Assembly: GCA_015231405.1 (NCBI GenBank)
Contig: JADGBR010000003.1
Span: forward strand, 29,549-93,548
Direction: 5' to 3'
Source of the DNA: Candidatus Omnitrophota bacterium
GTDB lineage: Bacteria; Omnitrophota; Gorgyraeia; Tantalellales; Tantalellaceae
DNA length: 64,000 bases
Shown: positions 17,601-28,000 of the stretch, piece by piece
Layout of the letters: each line of letters starts with the position of its first letter
Position numbering within the stretch: position 1 is the first letter of the stretch
Notes under the pieces: generated by a model
Told to the model about the DNA's origin: nothing
Seen by the model: the letters and a program-made list of their open reading frames with translations, nothing else
Database searches by the model: none
Translations under genes and position numbers: made by a program

Positions 17601-20600
17601 TTGTATCGCAAGCAGGTGACATTGGTTAACCGAGACACATATACGGGAGTAGACCGCTATCTGTCGATATCTGAAAGCTCCTGGAGTTATATGAAGGATA
17701 ATTTCAGGTTAAGCGAGATACCTCTTTATGTCTATGAGGAGAAAGTGCCGGGAAGCAGCAACACAAAACCGTTCATGGTAGCTCTAAGAATCGACGAGAA
17801 CCTGAAAAGCAACCTGATGTGGTTCGATAAGATGGAGGGCAGATGGATATCTGACGTAGCAAAGCAGATCATTATCAAAACCGGGGACGGGAACGATAAT
17901 ATCAAGGCTGTCTATATACCGCTTGAAGAGAGTAATCCGCCGGGAATGGCTGGCGCGAGGCCCAGAGACTTCCTTAAACTGGAATTTGATGCGACGAACG
18001 GAGACGGCTCAGGCAAGGATTTCGCGGAAGAGATAACGAGGCTTTTAAAGGAAAAATACAATCAGCCCGGGAGCGGTCCCCGTCTCAGCCTAAAGATGTC
18101 GGTAGTATCTCTCCCCGGATCGGCTTTATTCCGTCATATAGAGATCAGGAAACCGCAAAACGTATTAAAGCTGATCAACGGTTCCGAGAAATTGTCTAAC
18201 GGCAGGTTTACGGCCGAGGGGCTCTTCCTGGAAGGGGTGTCGTCCGGGCGAAGAGTGAATGGCCAAAAGATTAAGTCACAGGTTGACGCCCGTATAGATC
18301 TTGAGGCGCTAGCGGATCTTGGGATGATTGATAAATGGGGGGATAACCTTTTTAGCCTCAGGGACGATTACAAGGCTCTGTCAAAAAAGGATAGGATGAC
18401 GATAGAAAAGGAGCTGATACATTTATCCCATGCCGAGAACGGATCTTTCGATATCATGGAAAGGAATCTCAGGCTGACAATAAAAGATCTTATTAGCCGC
18501 AATGTTCGTCAAGTCTCCAGCGAGGATGTAACCCCGGGATCAGGGATAAGGAATGGGTGGACAGTAGGCACCGAGTTAGTAATGGCATCATCTGACGGTT
18601 ATCTGGAACAGTGTGCCGGGATAAAGTCTCTAACCGGACAAGGGGGGCTCAAGTCAAAGGGAAGAGGAAGCTTCAAACAGGAAATGAGAACAATGAAAGA
18701 TCTTCTGGCAGGGGTTGGAGTAGAAATGACAGCCGCGCTTTATGGACGCAGGGTAGTCGGTTATGTGATCATCCGTAAAAGAGAAGAAGAGAGGAGCGTA
18801 GAGATACTCGATATATGTGTCCACCCTCTCTTTTATGAGCGGGGAGTCGACGAGAACCTTTTAAAATGGGTCCTATCCTTGTTAAGTCCGGGGGAAAAAG
18901 GATATAAAAAGGTCTTTTACGATATAGCGGCATCGCCGGATGAGAAAGAACGATCTTTTGAGAGGCTGGGATTTTATGAGGAAATACCGGAGGAGGCCGA
19001 TCCCGTGATCGAGCGCGGAAAGATGAGGCTGGTGGCGAGGCCCAAAGAAGCGTCGGACGGGGATAGGAAAAAACTTCCCGGCGGCGCATTGCACAAGGCG
19101 GTCGCGTGTATCGGAGAGCATGATGATATTTTTGGGAACAGAGAAAATCCGTTTACGTTAAGAAAATTTATGCGATTTAGAAAATATTCGTACAATACTG
19201 TGCTGACAGAAGTCAGGGCCTTAATAAAACTTGGTATCCTGGAAAAAGCCGGGAAGAAAGGGAATGTCCCGCTTTACAGGGTCACCCGGCGTTTTGAGGA
19301 CGCACCTCCGGACGTCAGGTTCAAAGTATATGAAGCCCTCGAACGCGGGTTGGCCGAAAAAATGATACACGCGGCGCCCACCAGGGACGAACTGAAAATG
19401 GTCCGTTACGAGATCGATCACACGCTTGCGCCGTATGAGACGGTTGAAAGGCCAAAAGCAACGGCAAAACCGGCGGAAAAAATAATAACCTTCCCGGTTA
19501 ATGGAACACACGCTGAAGCAGTTGTTACAGAGGTCATTAACGATATGAAAGCCCCAGAACCGGCAGCATATAGCGGTTTCATGAGCGGCATGATGGATAT
19601 GGTATTCAATGAAACAAGGGATTTCACGCCGATACTTTCAGGGTCCGGGTATCTAAAGAGGACAAGTGAGATATTAGAAGATCTTATGGCGCTTGAAAAA
19701 ACGATATACTTGTCCATTCTTGAGGAATCAATGCGTAGCCCGGCGAGGTCAAAACGGTTGACACAGGCTAAAGAGCTCGTCGAAATGAGCAATGGAATGA
19801 CGGTAAAAGCGGCTGAAGTCGTAAAGGCCTGGCGGAAGACAGGGTATATGGCGGTCGAGCTTGACCCCGACGAGGTGAAAGCCGGGATCGGGCTCAGTAT
19901 AGGGAGGCGTCTTTTCGCCCTTGGTGAGGGGGAGGACGAGTTTTACGGACTTTTGTCCTGGACTTTCAATAAACTGAACGAGATCCTGGCCGAAGACGAC
20001 TTGTTCGGAGGGATGTTCCTGAGGGATACGGAACGTTCGATCATTAAACTCCGTGAACTTATGACCGACCTCCGAATCACCGTGTTCCGGGAATATTTCC
20101 TGGAATATTCATTTGCAGGAAACATGTTCAGGGATAATAAGGACATGATGGAACGTTTCGATCTGGATATAAAAGCCAATTTCAGGGAGAGGTACGACGT
20201 CTGGTATGAGTCGAAATGGGAGAGGATAAACGATCTCGCGAAATTCGCCGGCGATATCCTGGACGCCGCCGAGAAGATAAGCGATTTAAGAAGATACGAC
20301 TTCCCCAAAGCGAAGGGTTTCGAGCTGGAAGAATTGAAAATGGAACTCATTAGTGCCCTCAAATTTAACAGGCGTGTATGCCGCGACCAGTTAGACCTGG
20401 ATTATCTGGATGAACAGGTCTTACCGCTGATGATCTTCGGCGGGGACGGAAAAGGCGTGGATCATTACAGGATGATCTGGTCGGGAGCGATGACCATGAT
20501 AAGAAAACGGTTCAAAGGCATGTCGAGAAAAGAGCTTACCGCCCAGGATAGTAATATCGTGGAAGGCGGGCTGGCGGTTCCCTTTATGCTTATGGGGGGT

Positions 20601-21461
20601 ATGGTAGACCTCAGGATCGAGAATACCGGCAACGTTCTTGGATTTCTTCGCGACTTGCATTTTGTGCCGGAAAGGGCGGGGGATCATAGTGACAGGCCTG
20701 GTCCTCAAGCAGCGGCCTTGGACTTCCAGAACGAATTTTTCGTTCCGGGAAAAACCGAAGCCGCCGGTCCAGGAAAGAATCCTTCCTATAAAAAAGTTCC
20801 GGGCATCAGGATAGGGCCTTTGACAGCCGTACAGGAAGCAAAACACGCTCTGTCTTTTACCAGCAATGTCAAACTCTGGAAAAATAAAGATAAAGAGGAC
20901 GCTTCCTTCATAGCCCTTTCCACCGGGTGGATCAAAGGTTACGAAAGAGGAGGCGCTCAGCATAACGGAGGCTTGAACCGGGCTATTTCGTCAGTAAGGA
21001 ATTACTGCGAGGCTAAAGGGATAAAGTTGATAGAAGGTGACGACGCGGCCGTCGCGGAAGAGGTTAAGGCCATGAAAAGCCGTAATAAAGCCGCTTCCGG
21101 AGTAGTTCTTGCGGGCGAACGTTGCATAGGGCTTATAGAAGAAGCATTCTTGGAAGAGCTTACCCTCCGTGACGATGAAAAGAAAAAAGTTCTCCTTGGC
21201 CTGGTCGATAACAGCCGGCTTGAGGAAGAAAGCTATGTGCCTCTTATGGAACAGCTGTCGCTTATGATAAAGCTTCTAAGATACCAGGAGAGATATCCTG
21301 ACTACCTTTTAAGAAGAAAAGACCTTCTTGGGAAAAAATTTGACAGAGAAAACCGCCTTGGCCTGGAATTCGATCCGGAAAGGTGGGTCGTGAAATTCAA
21401 ACCCGCGAAGATGGACGTAGAGTCACTTCGGCCTCTGTATTTCGCCCAGATAGCCGCATAG
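11664..21461 (+). CDS. Giant multidomain protein (3265 aa): signal-like N-terminus, multi-pass membrane block, phosphate acetyl/butyryltransferase (PTA_PTB) domain, three GNAT-like and three winged-helix-like modules
   Basis: Hydrophobic N-terminus (MVSAALVSLMVANDIGYA); about 7-8 hydrophobic segments at ~13565-14390. PTB motifs ILKGK, LLMTDGGIN, DGPMAYDVA..AKAKG..VAGDAD, VPSRSDS (~14470-15830). GNAT motifs IHPEWEDKGV..FYRSAGF, YNGIGIG..KHGF, VHPLFYERGV..FERLGF. HTH-like motifs TVAAELDSLTRIGVL, DLEALADLGMI, TVLTEVRALIKLGIL. Starts 15 bp after the previous stop codon. Confidence 0.9.
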   Translation: MGSNGIKKIYGKYIIRMVSAALVSLMVANDIGYALSPGSRFTEESGPGRNELFKGAVFRVVYEIIGKYLEMGIDPVTIIGDIKEGIGIVEEAFRREEGLPSSAKTANFDPLLYGFNIDELEYSPVEKAFRLPIYRGGQKIHTYKFYMTRTPDKEPDHTIELPTGHPLYASIELRDSPHRDTLTHGNSENSSNSGNDAHGAIRRNVSNEDIEAAIDGDLDLQSVKDEISMIDIIFNDMALDTNVDLEKKAEEYGVTADELVKRIKLAREVFSEGRRSQAKFKLFNAIIRNPSTYAFGYVKPGVFAYSREFINDLGHDLKAEYLMHEPLCYYLSELIGEEKGHKLAREIQSLYFYSNYGPTGDRELDPYDWLRGKLTDFIRDFTIRVLEKEKKMPELDLGVLDKWVDAQAKAEQAHLRALRLRLTELILMKGSLNEVIIDEKRSNSGFTASNKHLLSDMTRKVKDLVKFIEDVLPVITVAEREGLGYLIRSRAENDRFRRVAIEIGLGVLGKGSGEKYPVLEIFSEHLKKFETTLRGEKSEVFTRRLAAHIKWCESIEKELARLQKESLPSGALAKKGEHRGSISRDTQEKSMVHGPLSIVPASPAGRHGQSSMVPEAQRVTPKIGDRGSKTSLRAKILACAFLVGVILVVEPLMVYGMNWLIPKRFIADIFPLGFASGALEFGTVKTFTAFVVFRFFGEILAQVAVRWMKEGIKGISLKRDIDWSKVRVVCYFAGGFLSWFLPSVWGVFKASSLDPRLYGFADLIVAGPITLPVLFGAHLFMKWAYTREKMDPGKSLKETFYRIGFTFVFAIVYWCTILGMVFSTDRPLDEQAYIIAYFTPFYAIAQSFAANLTDVGKGVKMRKWALPMIAAAVLYNLRYFFFNLSNTNLIVGFALWAIPITLGFRLNKPLGPVWATAPEEDGIYRKISDHLAKDPGDMTIVVPEAASESALKGIDRIIAKYGDKVKPILIGNAGDIEKIMLTQKLDHLIKSSRKEIININDKGEIYEETVRIVGEGRARIILKGKSSSDVLMKMILTAGKKRLRVPGSSITHMRLFEMPDGGPLLMTDGGINVMSDTEDADKRVAKKIAGIDNSVRVMRHLGVTRPLVTILAEGKNGEKWIREDAEGIISELKKRGVDPGFDIEGPVSLGEVYGRGNLSRRILVFPWIGPANIIYKATAGFRREPEHVKDIPVRTASGKKGKLSVFEYQIDGTKRYLSVAVPPPGADLEEKKEFIKRSSRMLFKKYGIGKPKVAILDFTEQAENFEKVPTIKDGIALKKYFSERDAGCVVDGPMAYDVADSKEAAKAKGYDSVVAGDADMYFAPDNDTGNMLESLYKYSGKLKLGWNASDLSYGGLATDNGEPVFVVVPSRSDSEFHKERSLDVAAELMSRDREEGVNIRPEGKGTPGKSPPGGSIAEALKVVNVSLLKEGTLGNIFTRREFAQKRINAKRQAQYSPGTVAAELDSLTRIGVLDRVRDGLAYKYYVRDWYKDIRPGVRKKLQVMVENAVRAKEVRANPLDEKDLLFLQNALVKMMKRYYSATVFSIIPEKQKNRVMEQIVDMECHFCDTPRERKKWTAYHTYMAGEPERETRIVRYNNKVIGLMLFKRDTGNDCIRILRMKIHPEWEDKGVDHYLVDTVKAEMVEGGGLGKCRVILNENDINAWEFYRSAGFRSLEKRGEGARGLDVMEFMPGISTDENGSSQEDVLLVRNAIESAYHDLAERFMEVPVERLDKDMDPELIKSGYKYTARTSGREVEFSDMFEAGDREGKKAIGAMRIVYGEVYTSGEIAEAAKEYGMRYSSPEYINRVAVINGEVAGYIRCRLLMNGMKVDFEERIFDQRYNGIGIGDLLINDLKILLSTRAYSGFGKCVTSFRSPQGRRMVDYLGKHGFRPVNGHNKKFILEGADITKISGPEGTIITDTLFQGGASPILTYGQPYELPEDEEGGTGHDKDPLDGLYFMTERPEMAERTVNFIKTFLLYRKQVTLVNRDTYTGVDRYLSISESSWSYMKDNFRLSEIPLYVYEEKVPGSSNTKPFMVALRIDENLKSNLMWFDKMEGRWISDVAKQIIIKTGDGNDNIKAVYIPLEESNPPGMAGARPRDFLKLEFDATNGDGSGKDFAEEITRLLKEKYNQPGSGPRLSLKMSVVSLPGSALFRHIEIRKPQNVLKLINGSEKLSNGRFTAEGLFLEGVSSGRRVNGQKIKSQVDARIDLEALADLGMIDKWGDNLFSLRDDYKALSKKDRMTIEKELIHLSHAENGSFDIMERNLRLTIKDLISRNVRQVSSEDVTPGSGIRNGWTVGTELVMASSDGYLEQCAGIKSLTGQGGLKSKGRGSFKQEMRTMKDLLAGVGVEMTAALYGRRVVGYVIIRKREEERSVEILDICVHPLFYERGVDENLLKWVLSLLSPGEKGYKKVFYDIAASPDEKERSFERLGFYEEIPEEADPVIERGKMRLVARPKEASDGDRKKLPGGALHKAVACIGEHDDIFGNRENPFTLRKFMRFRKYSYNTVLTEVRALIKLGILEKAGKKGNVPLYRVTRRFEDAPPDVRFKVYEALERGLAEKMIHAAPTRDELKMVRYEIDHTLAPYETVERPKATAKPAEKIITFPVNGTHAEAVVTEVINDMKAPEPAAYSGFMSGMMDMVFNETRDFTPILSGSGYLKRTSEILEDLMALEKTIYLSILEESMRSPARSKRLTQAKELVEMSNGMTVKAAEVVKAWRKTGYMAVELDPDEVKAGIGLSIGRRLFALGEGEDEFYGLLSWTFNKLNEILAEDDLFGGMFLRDTERSIIKLRELMTDLRITVFREYFLEYSFAGNMFRDNKDMMERFDLDIKANFRERYDVWYESKWERINDLAKFAGDILDAAEKISDLRRYDFPKAKGFELEELKMELISALKFNRRVCRDQLDLDYLDEQVLPLMIFGGDGKGVDHYRMIWSGAMTMIRKRFKGMSRKELTAQDSNIVEGGLAVPFMLMGGMVDLRIENTGNVLGFLRDLHFVPERAGDHSDRPGPQAAALDFQNEFFVPGKTEAAGPGKNPSYKKVPGIRIGPLTAVQEAKHALSFTSNVKLWKNKDKEDASFIALSTGWIKGYERGGAQHNGGLNRAISSVRNYCEAKGIKLIEGDDAAVAEEVKAMKSRNKAASGVVLAGERCIGLIEEAFLEELTLRDDEKKKVLLGLVDNSRLEEESYVPLMEQLSLMIKLLRYQERYPDYLLRRKDLLGKKFDRENRLGLEFDPERWVVKFKPAKMDVESLRPLYFAQIAA
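13391..13550. repeat. Cluster of degenerate 7-nt tandem repeats with a nested palindromic element, inside the coding linker
   Basis: GTCTATG-GTCCATG-GACCATT-GTCCATT-GTC[CCTGCCTCGCCGGCAGGCAGG]CATG-GTCAATC-GTCCATG at 13430-13503, flanked by TCG/CGA-periodic heptamers. Confidence 0.7.
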
Positions 21462-21517
21462 GCTTTTGCCTGTTGCCTATTATTGTTGGATCATGTTAGA
21501 AAAGCATAAATACATTT

Positions 21518-21552
21518 AACCGGCAACGGACAACCTGCAACCGACAACAAAC
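21518..21552. repeat. Intergenic heptamer tandem repeat (AACNNNC x5)
   Basis: AACCGGC AACGGAC AACCTGC AACCGAC AACAAAC. Confidence 0.8.
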
Positions 21553-21821
21553 AGTTTTTATCCTTTGATTATAGCTTCTGTAGGACAAACCGCCGCGCAA
21601 GCCCCGCAATCCGTGCATTTTTTTGGATCGATCTTATAAGGGCTGCCTTCGGATATCGCCTCAACGGGACATTCCGGCTGGCACTGCCCGCAAGATACGC
21701 AATTATCGGTAATTTTATAAGCCATGGGTAAATCCTCCTAATAGGGTTCAGTAAAATTTCATGAAAGAATAACATAAAATCAATGTCGGGTCAAGCCAAT
21801 TCAAAAAACGCAACAAGTTTC

Positions 21822-21886
21822 AGTGTCAGGCCTCCCCATTGGACAAAACTATTGGTGGATAATGTCCAATGGGGAGGCCTGACACT
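21822..21886. repeat. Perfect 24-bp inverted repeat (REP/MITE-like hairpin) with 17-nt loop
   Basis: AGTGTCAGGCCTCCCCATTGGACA (21822-21845) is the exact reverse complement of TGTCCAATGGGGAGGCCTGACACT (21863-21886). Confidence 0.9.
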
Positions 21887-21920
21887 ACTATTAGTATTTC
21901 AAAAAGTCAGACAAAGCGAG

Positions 21921-21949
21921 TTGACAAATCTGTTAAGATTTGATAAACT
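21921..21949 (+). promoter_or_regulatory. Sigma70-type promoter of the 6951-aa gene with an overlapping palindrome (candidate operator)
   Basis: TTGACA-17 bp-TAAACT with an extended TG; palindrome CAAATCT-gtta-AGATTTG at 21925-21942; 60 bp upstream of ATG 22010. Confidence 0.7.
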
Positions 21950-22009
21950 GAGCTATCCGGAAAAGCTGAGTTTGTTTTAAATTACTAATTACAAATTTCA
22001 TAATATTAT

Positions 22010-25000
22010 ATGTTCAAGAAAATCGTTGTTTATTTCCTGTGCATCACCTTCCTTTTCGACCAAAGCGGGATAGGGAAATATGCCTATTCTCAGGGATCTC
22101 CCCGGGATACCTTGGCTGTAACTTCCATGTTCAATGAGCTTAGCGCCAGTGTCGCGGGGATGTCTGAGAAAGAGGGACACTCACCGTTCGATGTCATACG
22201 TAAGCATTTCGAAGAAGAATCCTTTATATTCCCGTTCATAATTTTCACTTTAGGTCGGGTATTCATAAAAGAGACATCCGGCGATATTGTGTACGATGAC
22301 GAAGTTCTCCGCGGGCATTTGGGCAGAACGCTTGTGGACAGGTTCGGCGGAGCGGATTCGGAGTTTTTTATCAAATATGATGTGAGAGGAGCTTATCGGG
22401 ATAAGGGCTCTATCGTTATCCCTTCAAAGAACGGGGATATTCGTTACAGGTTCTTCCTGATTGACGATAAGGAGAAGTTTTCCGGAGAGGATATCATAAA
22501 AGAATGGGAACCGGTCGAGCTGGAGGACCAGAAGACGAACCGGAAGATCGTTATGGCCGTGAGGCAGGAGAATGTCCCGTACTCCGTCCATGAGAGCGAG
22601 GCGAAGTGTGAAGAGAACTGCGCCTCCGGAACGTGGACCCTGGACCAGGAGCCCACCCTTAACGCGATGATATCCAGATTGATAACAAGCGGTACTGGCA
22701 ACGTTTCAGATGAGGAAAAATACGTGAAAGACATAGCCGGGATAAAGCCAGCCATACGGGACGCATTGAGACTTTATGGGGCTTCTACGCCGGATGATAT
22801 CAGGGAAGAAGACGAAAAACTCCTGGGAAGCATCGATCATTCGATGAAAGTCGATGACCTTCTCGCCAAGGTCGAGGCCCTTTTGAATAATCCGAAATTT
22901 AAGATTTTATTCCTTATCCCTGACGACGGCGAGGATAAGTTCAGTTTCCTTTTCCGTGAGAAAGGGGTGAAGCCTTATAAGCTCACGGCTTACGCGCATT
23001 TCGGGCATCATAATACAAAGGGCGCGGATAGGGAGGAAAATATTTACATATCAGCGCCGTATTATGACAATTTAACACGGTCCGACAGGATCGCGCTTAT
23101 CGTTCACGAGATGGTCCATCTCATACTTGGCCGGGGGGATAAGATCCACACGCTCGCGGATGGTATCGCCCAGTCTGTGACGTATGCCCATGAAAAGGCG
23201 AATATAGACGCTGCGGCGTTTATGGGGGAAATAACCAACTACCTTGTATCGAAGGAAAAGATGTACGTCGCCGCCGTTACGAACAACGAGGAGCTGGCTA
23301 TAGAAGCACGGGGCGAGTGGAAAGCGGCGATAAGTAAACTTGGAGATTCCGGCATGTCCGGCGAGTCTATGGAACTTTTTCTGAGGAATGATATCTCGAT
23401 GAGGGTGAAAGGGGCGTTAATAGAACTCGGCGCTTCGCCCGAGGCTGTGCCGGGTGAGTCTTTTCGTGAAAAATTCATCGAGGTATTCGGAAAAAGAGAA
23501 GGGTATATTCTCGCTAATCACCTGAATTACGAGATGAGCGCGCACCCTGCCGCCCGTCAGAATGACATCTTTTATATCATCGAGATCGTCGGTCATATGT
23601 CGGAAAGGCTGGCGACGGAGATGAAAGTGATGACAACTCAGGAAGAAGCGGCCTTCGTTAAAGAGACAAGGGAAAATGTCATAGATGAAGTCGTGAACGC
23701 TCTTTTTGACGAACCGGGCCTTAAAAGTACATGGAAAGATGAATTAGGAAAAAGCATTATCCCCATGACGCTCGATGGTTTATTTCCGGAAGAGATGTTC
23801 CGTAAAGGGTATCTGGCCGAGAACAGGGAGTATATATCCAAAAAATTAATGGGCCTGCCGATAATTACAAGCGCTTACGGCGAGGCCGATCCCGGGATAA
23901 AGAAAGTGTTCTACCGCGGCGGGGCAAGCCGGGTGGAGCTCGAAGCCACATTGTGGCATGAGATAATCCACCACCTTGGAGAGATCGGGGTCCTCAAGAT
24001 CGACCCGAGGTGGGAATATACGCCATGGTCGGTCGACCTTTGCATGAGGGTTATCCGGAACTCAAAACTTCCAGGTTCTAGTATCGAAAAATCCGAAGAA
24101 AGAATAGCGATGTACAGCGAGGAATACTTGCCGTTCGTGAATATACTATATGCCCACGGTAAAACCCTGGGGGCCGACGAGGGAAAGAAGAAATATCTCC
24201 TGAGGCAGCTGGAGACGGAAGAAAAAGCCGCGTATTTCTCGATAGACCTTCTGGTTGACGAGGCTATCCTGGTCTGTCAGGGGACGGAGTTTTCGACGGC
24301 TGAATTGAAATATTACCGCAATAATTCTAACAGGCAATTCACCGAACCCGACGATATCGTCAGATTTAACCGCGCCAGATACGTTTCGCAACAGGCGGCG
24401 GCTTATATCATGGCAGGGATGTTCATGACGGACTATATCGATCCGGCAAAGCAAAAACATCCCTTAAGATCCCTAAGGGATTATTTCGAGGAGCTCGACG
24501 ACGTCATAGGGAAGCCCGCTCCGGTTGACCGCGATTGGGTCGATAATTTCGAGGAAGAGCTGGAGAATTTCGGGACGTCGGTATTTAAAAAAACGACGGT
24601 CATGAGGTCGTCCGACACTACCGACAGGCTGGGATTGTGGTGGGCGGACGTTGACCAGTTCAAAGTGGTGATGAATTACTGGCCCGTGACCATATGCCCC
24701 TGGGATAAAAGTAACCCTGACAGGACAAAAGCCCGCTCAGACGCTAAAAAGAGGGGGCTCGGTAATTTCATGCTCGCCAGATACAGGGGCGAGGCTATGA
24801 AGGAGGCCGAGAAGACGGTCGAGGCGCATCATGAGTTCTTCTGCCGTCCCGAATTAGACATACTCTGGCAGACCCTTCTTATCCCGAGGTCGATCTTTAG
24901 CGCTATCCCCGATACTTTAAGGAAAGAAGTATCCGAGGATAAAAAGGAGAAATACAAGGACGTCCCGGAGCTCATACAGGCCGTATTCGACGGTAAATAT

Positions 25001-28000
25001 GATATGGGGAGAAGGGACGTCGAGAAAGGCATATATGATTCGTATTACAGGCATCTCAAATACCTGGATTCTATCCTTTACATGTGGACGAAGTATCGTC
25101 CTCTTGAGGATAAAGATTCACTTCCGATGGACCCGCGGGTAGACGCGGGTAGCGACGTCGAAGAGGCGTTGCGGAATACCTCGGGCGCATGGGAAAAGAT
25201 AATGTTCCGCGTGAACGAACATAATGAATATGAGGATATTTTCAATATCATCGAAACGGAGATATTGCCCGAATATATGAAGCTGTTCGAAGCGGATGTG
25301 AAGGAGGAAAAGGCTAAAGAGGCTTTAAGGCAGATGCCGGATAAAGGAAGCGTTAAAGACCCGGGTGATCTCACACCTGAAGAAATAGATGAGCTGAATA
25401 AAAAATTCGATGAGCTGCCGGATGAAATAAAAGAAGCCATAATGCAGGATATCATGGATCAGATGAACTCAAGTCCCATGAACAGCAACGGGAGCGGTAA
25501 CGGCGAAGGTGGAAAGAGCGGTCAGGCTCAGCAGGGTAAGCCCGGAAAGGGATCTAAAGGAGGACAGGCAAGGCCCGGAAAACTTTCGGGACAGCATGGG
25601 ACGCCAACCCCCGAACAACTCCAGAACGAAATAGACGGTATTGAGCGTACGGTTGACGCGCTCGATAAGATGGTCGATGACATAGCTAACGGAGCACAGG
25701 GGATTGGAGAAGGCTCGGGGGATATCAATGATGGTGTTCAGGGTCCACACCCTGGAGGTAAACCTGAAGGCGAAGGGGATAAAGGAGGCAAAGGGCAAAA
25801 AGGTAATGGAGGGGTTGATGTTGAAGGCTTGCAGGGGAAAGCCGGCGATCTTCAGAAAGCTGCCCAGGGGCTTGGCAATCACGGGAATAATTTGAGCCAA
25901 AGCGCCGGTGATCTTCTCAACTCGACTTTTGACGCCACAGGGGCGCTCCCGCATCCTGGTATGGGTAAAGGCGCCCGGAAGAACGCCGCCGAATTCGATA
26001 AAAAAGCAAAAGAAGTTAACGACAAGATAAAAGCGCTTCAGGATAAGATAAACGAGTTAAAGCAGCTCCTTGACAGGATGAAGGAAATAAAAGATCAGGG
26101 CAGTAACCCCCAGCAGATGGGACAGGCGGCCGGCAAGGTAGGAGGGAAAGCCAGGGAGGTAAAGAACGCGAGCAGCGGGATAAAACAGGGGGTGGAAGGG
26201 TCTAAGGAGTCGCTTCAGGGACTCAAGGAGAAGTTGGGACAGATAGTGAAGGATGTCAGGGGATTGGCCGGGAAAGGGAAGGGTGAGGTCGGAGCTGGAG
26301 GGTCGAAGGTCGAAGGGAAAGGGGGAGCAGAAGGGGATACCGGGGATAATAGGGGTGAGCCGGCCCCGGGGAAGGGGCAACCGGCAATAAACGATGCGAA
26401 CGATCAACCCTCACGAGGCTCCGACGGGAACGCTTTACCGGACGGTAAGGATAATACGGGTAAAAGCGCCTCTACCCCGTCAATGTTCAAGGACCAGGGC
26501 ACAGCGGAGTCTAACAGGAACAAAATACCGCATATACCTTTTAAGAGCGGCGCGCCCGCGACGGCGCTTCAAAATATAGTGGATAATTCCGCAAAGACCG
26601 GTGAAGAAGGCTCCGGCGCCCTAGAGGTATCTGTCGACGATGAATTCGAAACGGAAGTCGATCCTTCATGGCAGGATATGCGCAATGAGATGCTCTGGAA
26701 ACAGAATGAAGATGAGACGGGTCTTAATAGGAAAGAATATGCGAGATATTATAAATACCTGGAAATGCTCGGCGGCCAGGATACCATAGACGAAATGAAG
26801 GAGTCGTTCAGGTATCTCCTGGGCCTGGAGGAAAATCCAAAAAAGTTCTGGAGAAAATACAGCGGTATGCTGACGAAAGCCGTAAAAGTCGTAATGGGAC
26901 GTAAAGGCTACAGGATAACCAGGAAAACTAAACCCAAACCTTTAAAGGTATCTCTCCTTGTCGACGTGAGCGGCAGTATGCATGATAGAAAGAGAATAAC
27001 CCAGGCGGCGCTAACCATAATGATGATGCTTGAGGTCATCCTTGACCTTAACGAGGACCTGGAGAGTGCCGGCCTTCCTCCTATAGAGTTCGAGGTAGGC
27101 CTTTTCTCGGAAGAGCCCAAGGTCTGGATAAGCCATGAAAAGAGCCTGAGCGTCGAAGGAGAGACCCGTAAACAAAGGCTTATCTACGATACCATAACCA
27201 AAGGTCTTTTAATGGGCGGCGGGTGGACCGACGACACCAAGGCTATCGGGACTATGATCGACCGGGCCAGTAACGCCGAAATGACCACATGGGACGCGGG
27301 CGATGAAGCCAGGAGAATACTATTTTTCCTCTCGGACGGTAATCCGAACACATGGGAGGGAGGCGATATCCAATATCTCGTGAATACTTACGCTCAGGAC
27401 GTGGTCGAGAATCCGGTCGAGGTATTCGGCGTGAGTATGGGCGATGAGGAAGCCAGGAAATACACCGCCCATAAGTTCGGCGACAGGGCTGTTATCCCGG
27501 AGCGAGAGGATATGAGCGATATACCCGAAAAAGTCCTCACTCGTTTCCAGGAATGCGTAACTGTAGCCGCTACCGAGTACAGCTGGGCGGACCTGTTAAC
27601 GCTTGCCGCCACGATAGGGTGGTTCCTGATCCCGACTTTCCTGAAACCCGCTTATGATATCCTGACGTCCCTTGCCGGCACTTTACTTGTCAGGGGACAG
27701 AACGGAGCGGATACTAACGCCGAGAAACCCTACAGGGAGACCGGATACAAGAACTTCAGGTATCAGGAGAAGGACGGCAAGGACTGGCTTGTGTATTTTA
27801 TTAAGGACGAGAAAGGCAATGTGATAGAGGAATACAGGTGGCAAAGGGGCGCCGGCGGGGCAATGTGCCCCAAAATGACGACGTTCGACGACCGGTATAA
27901 CGAGAAACTTATCTCGGATATCATTTCCATGTCATGCCAGAGGGATGTCCAGTACACTTCGTACTCGAAGAACGGTGACTATTATCTCAGGTACCAGGAG

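Noticed and set aside
21783-21980. 65-aa ORF upstream of the 6951-aa gene
   Set aside because: It runs through the inverted repeat and promoter, with no coding signal.
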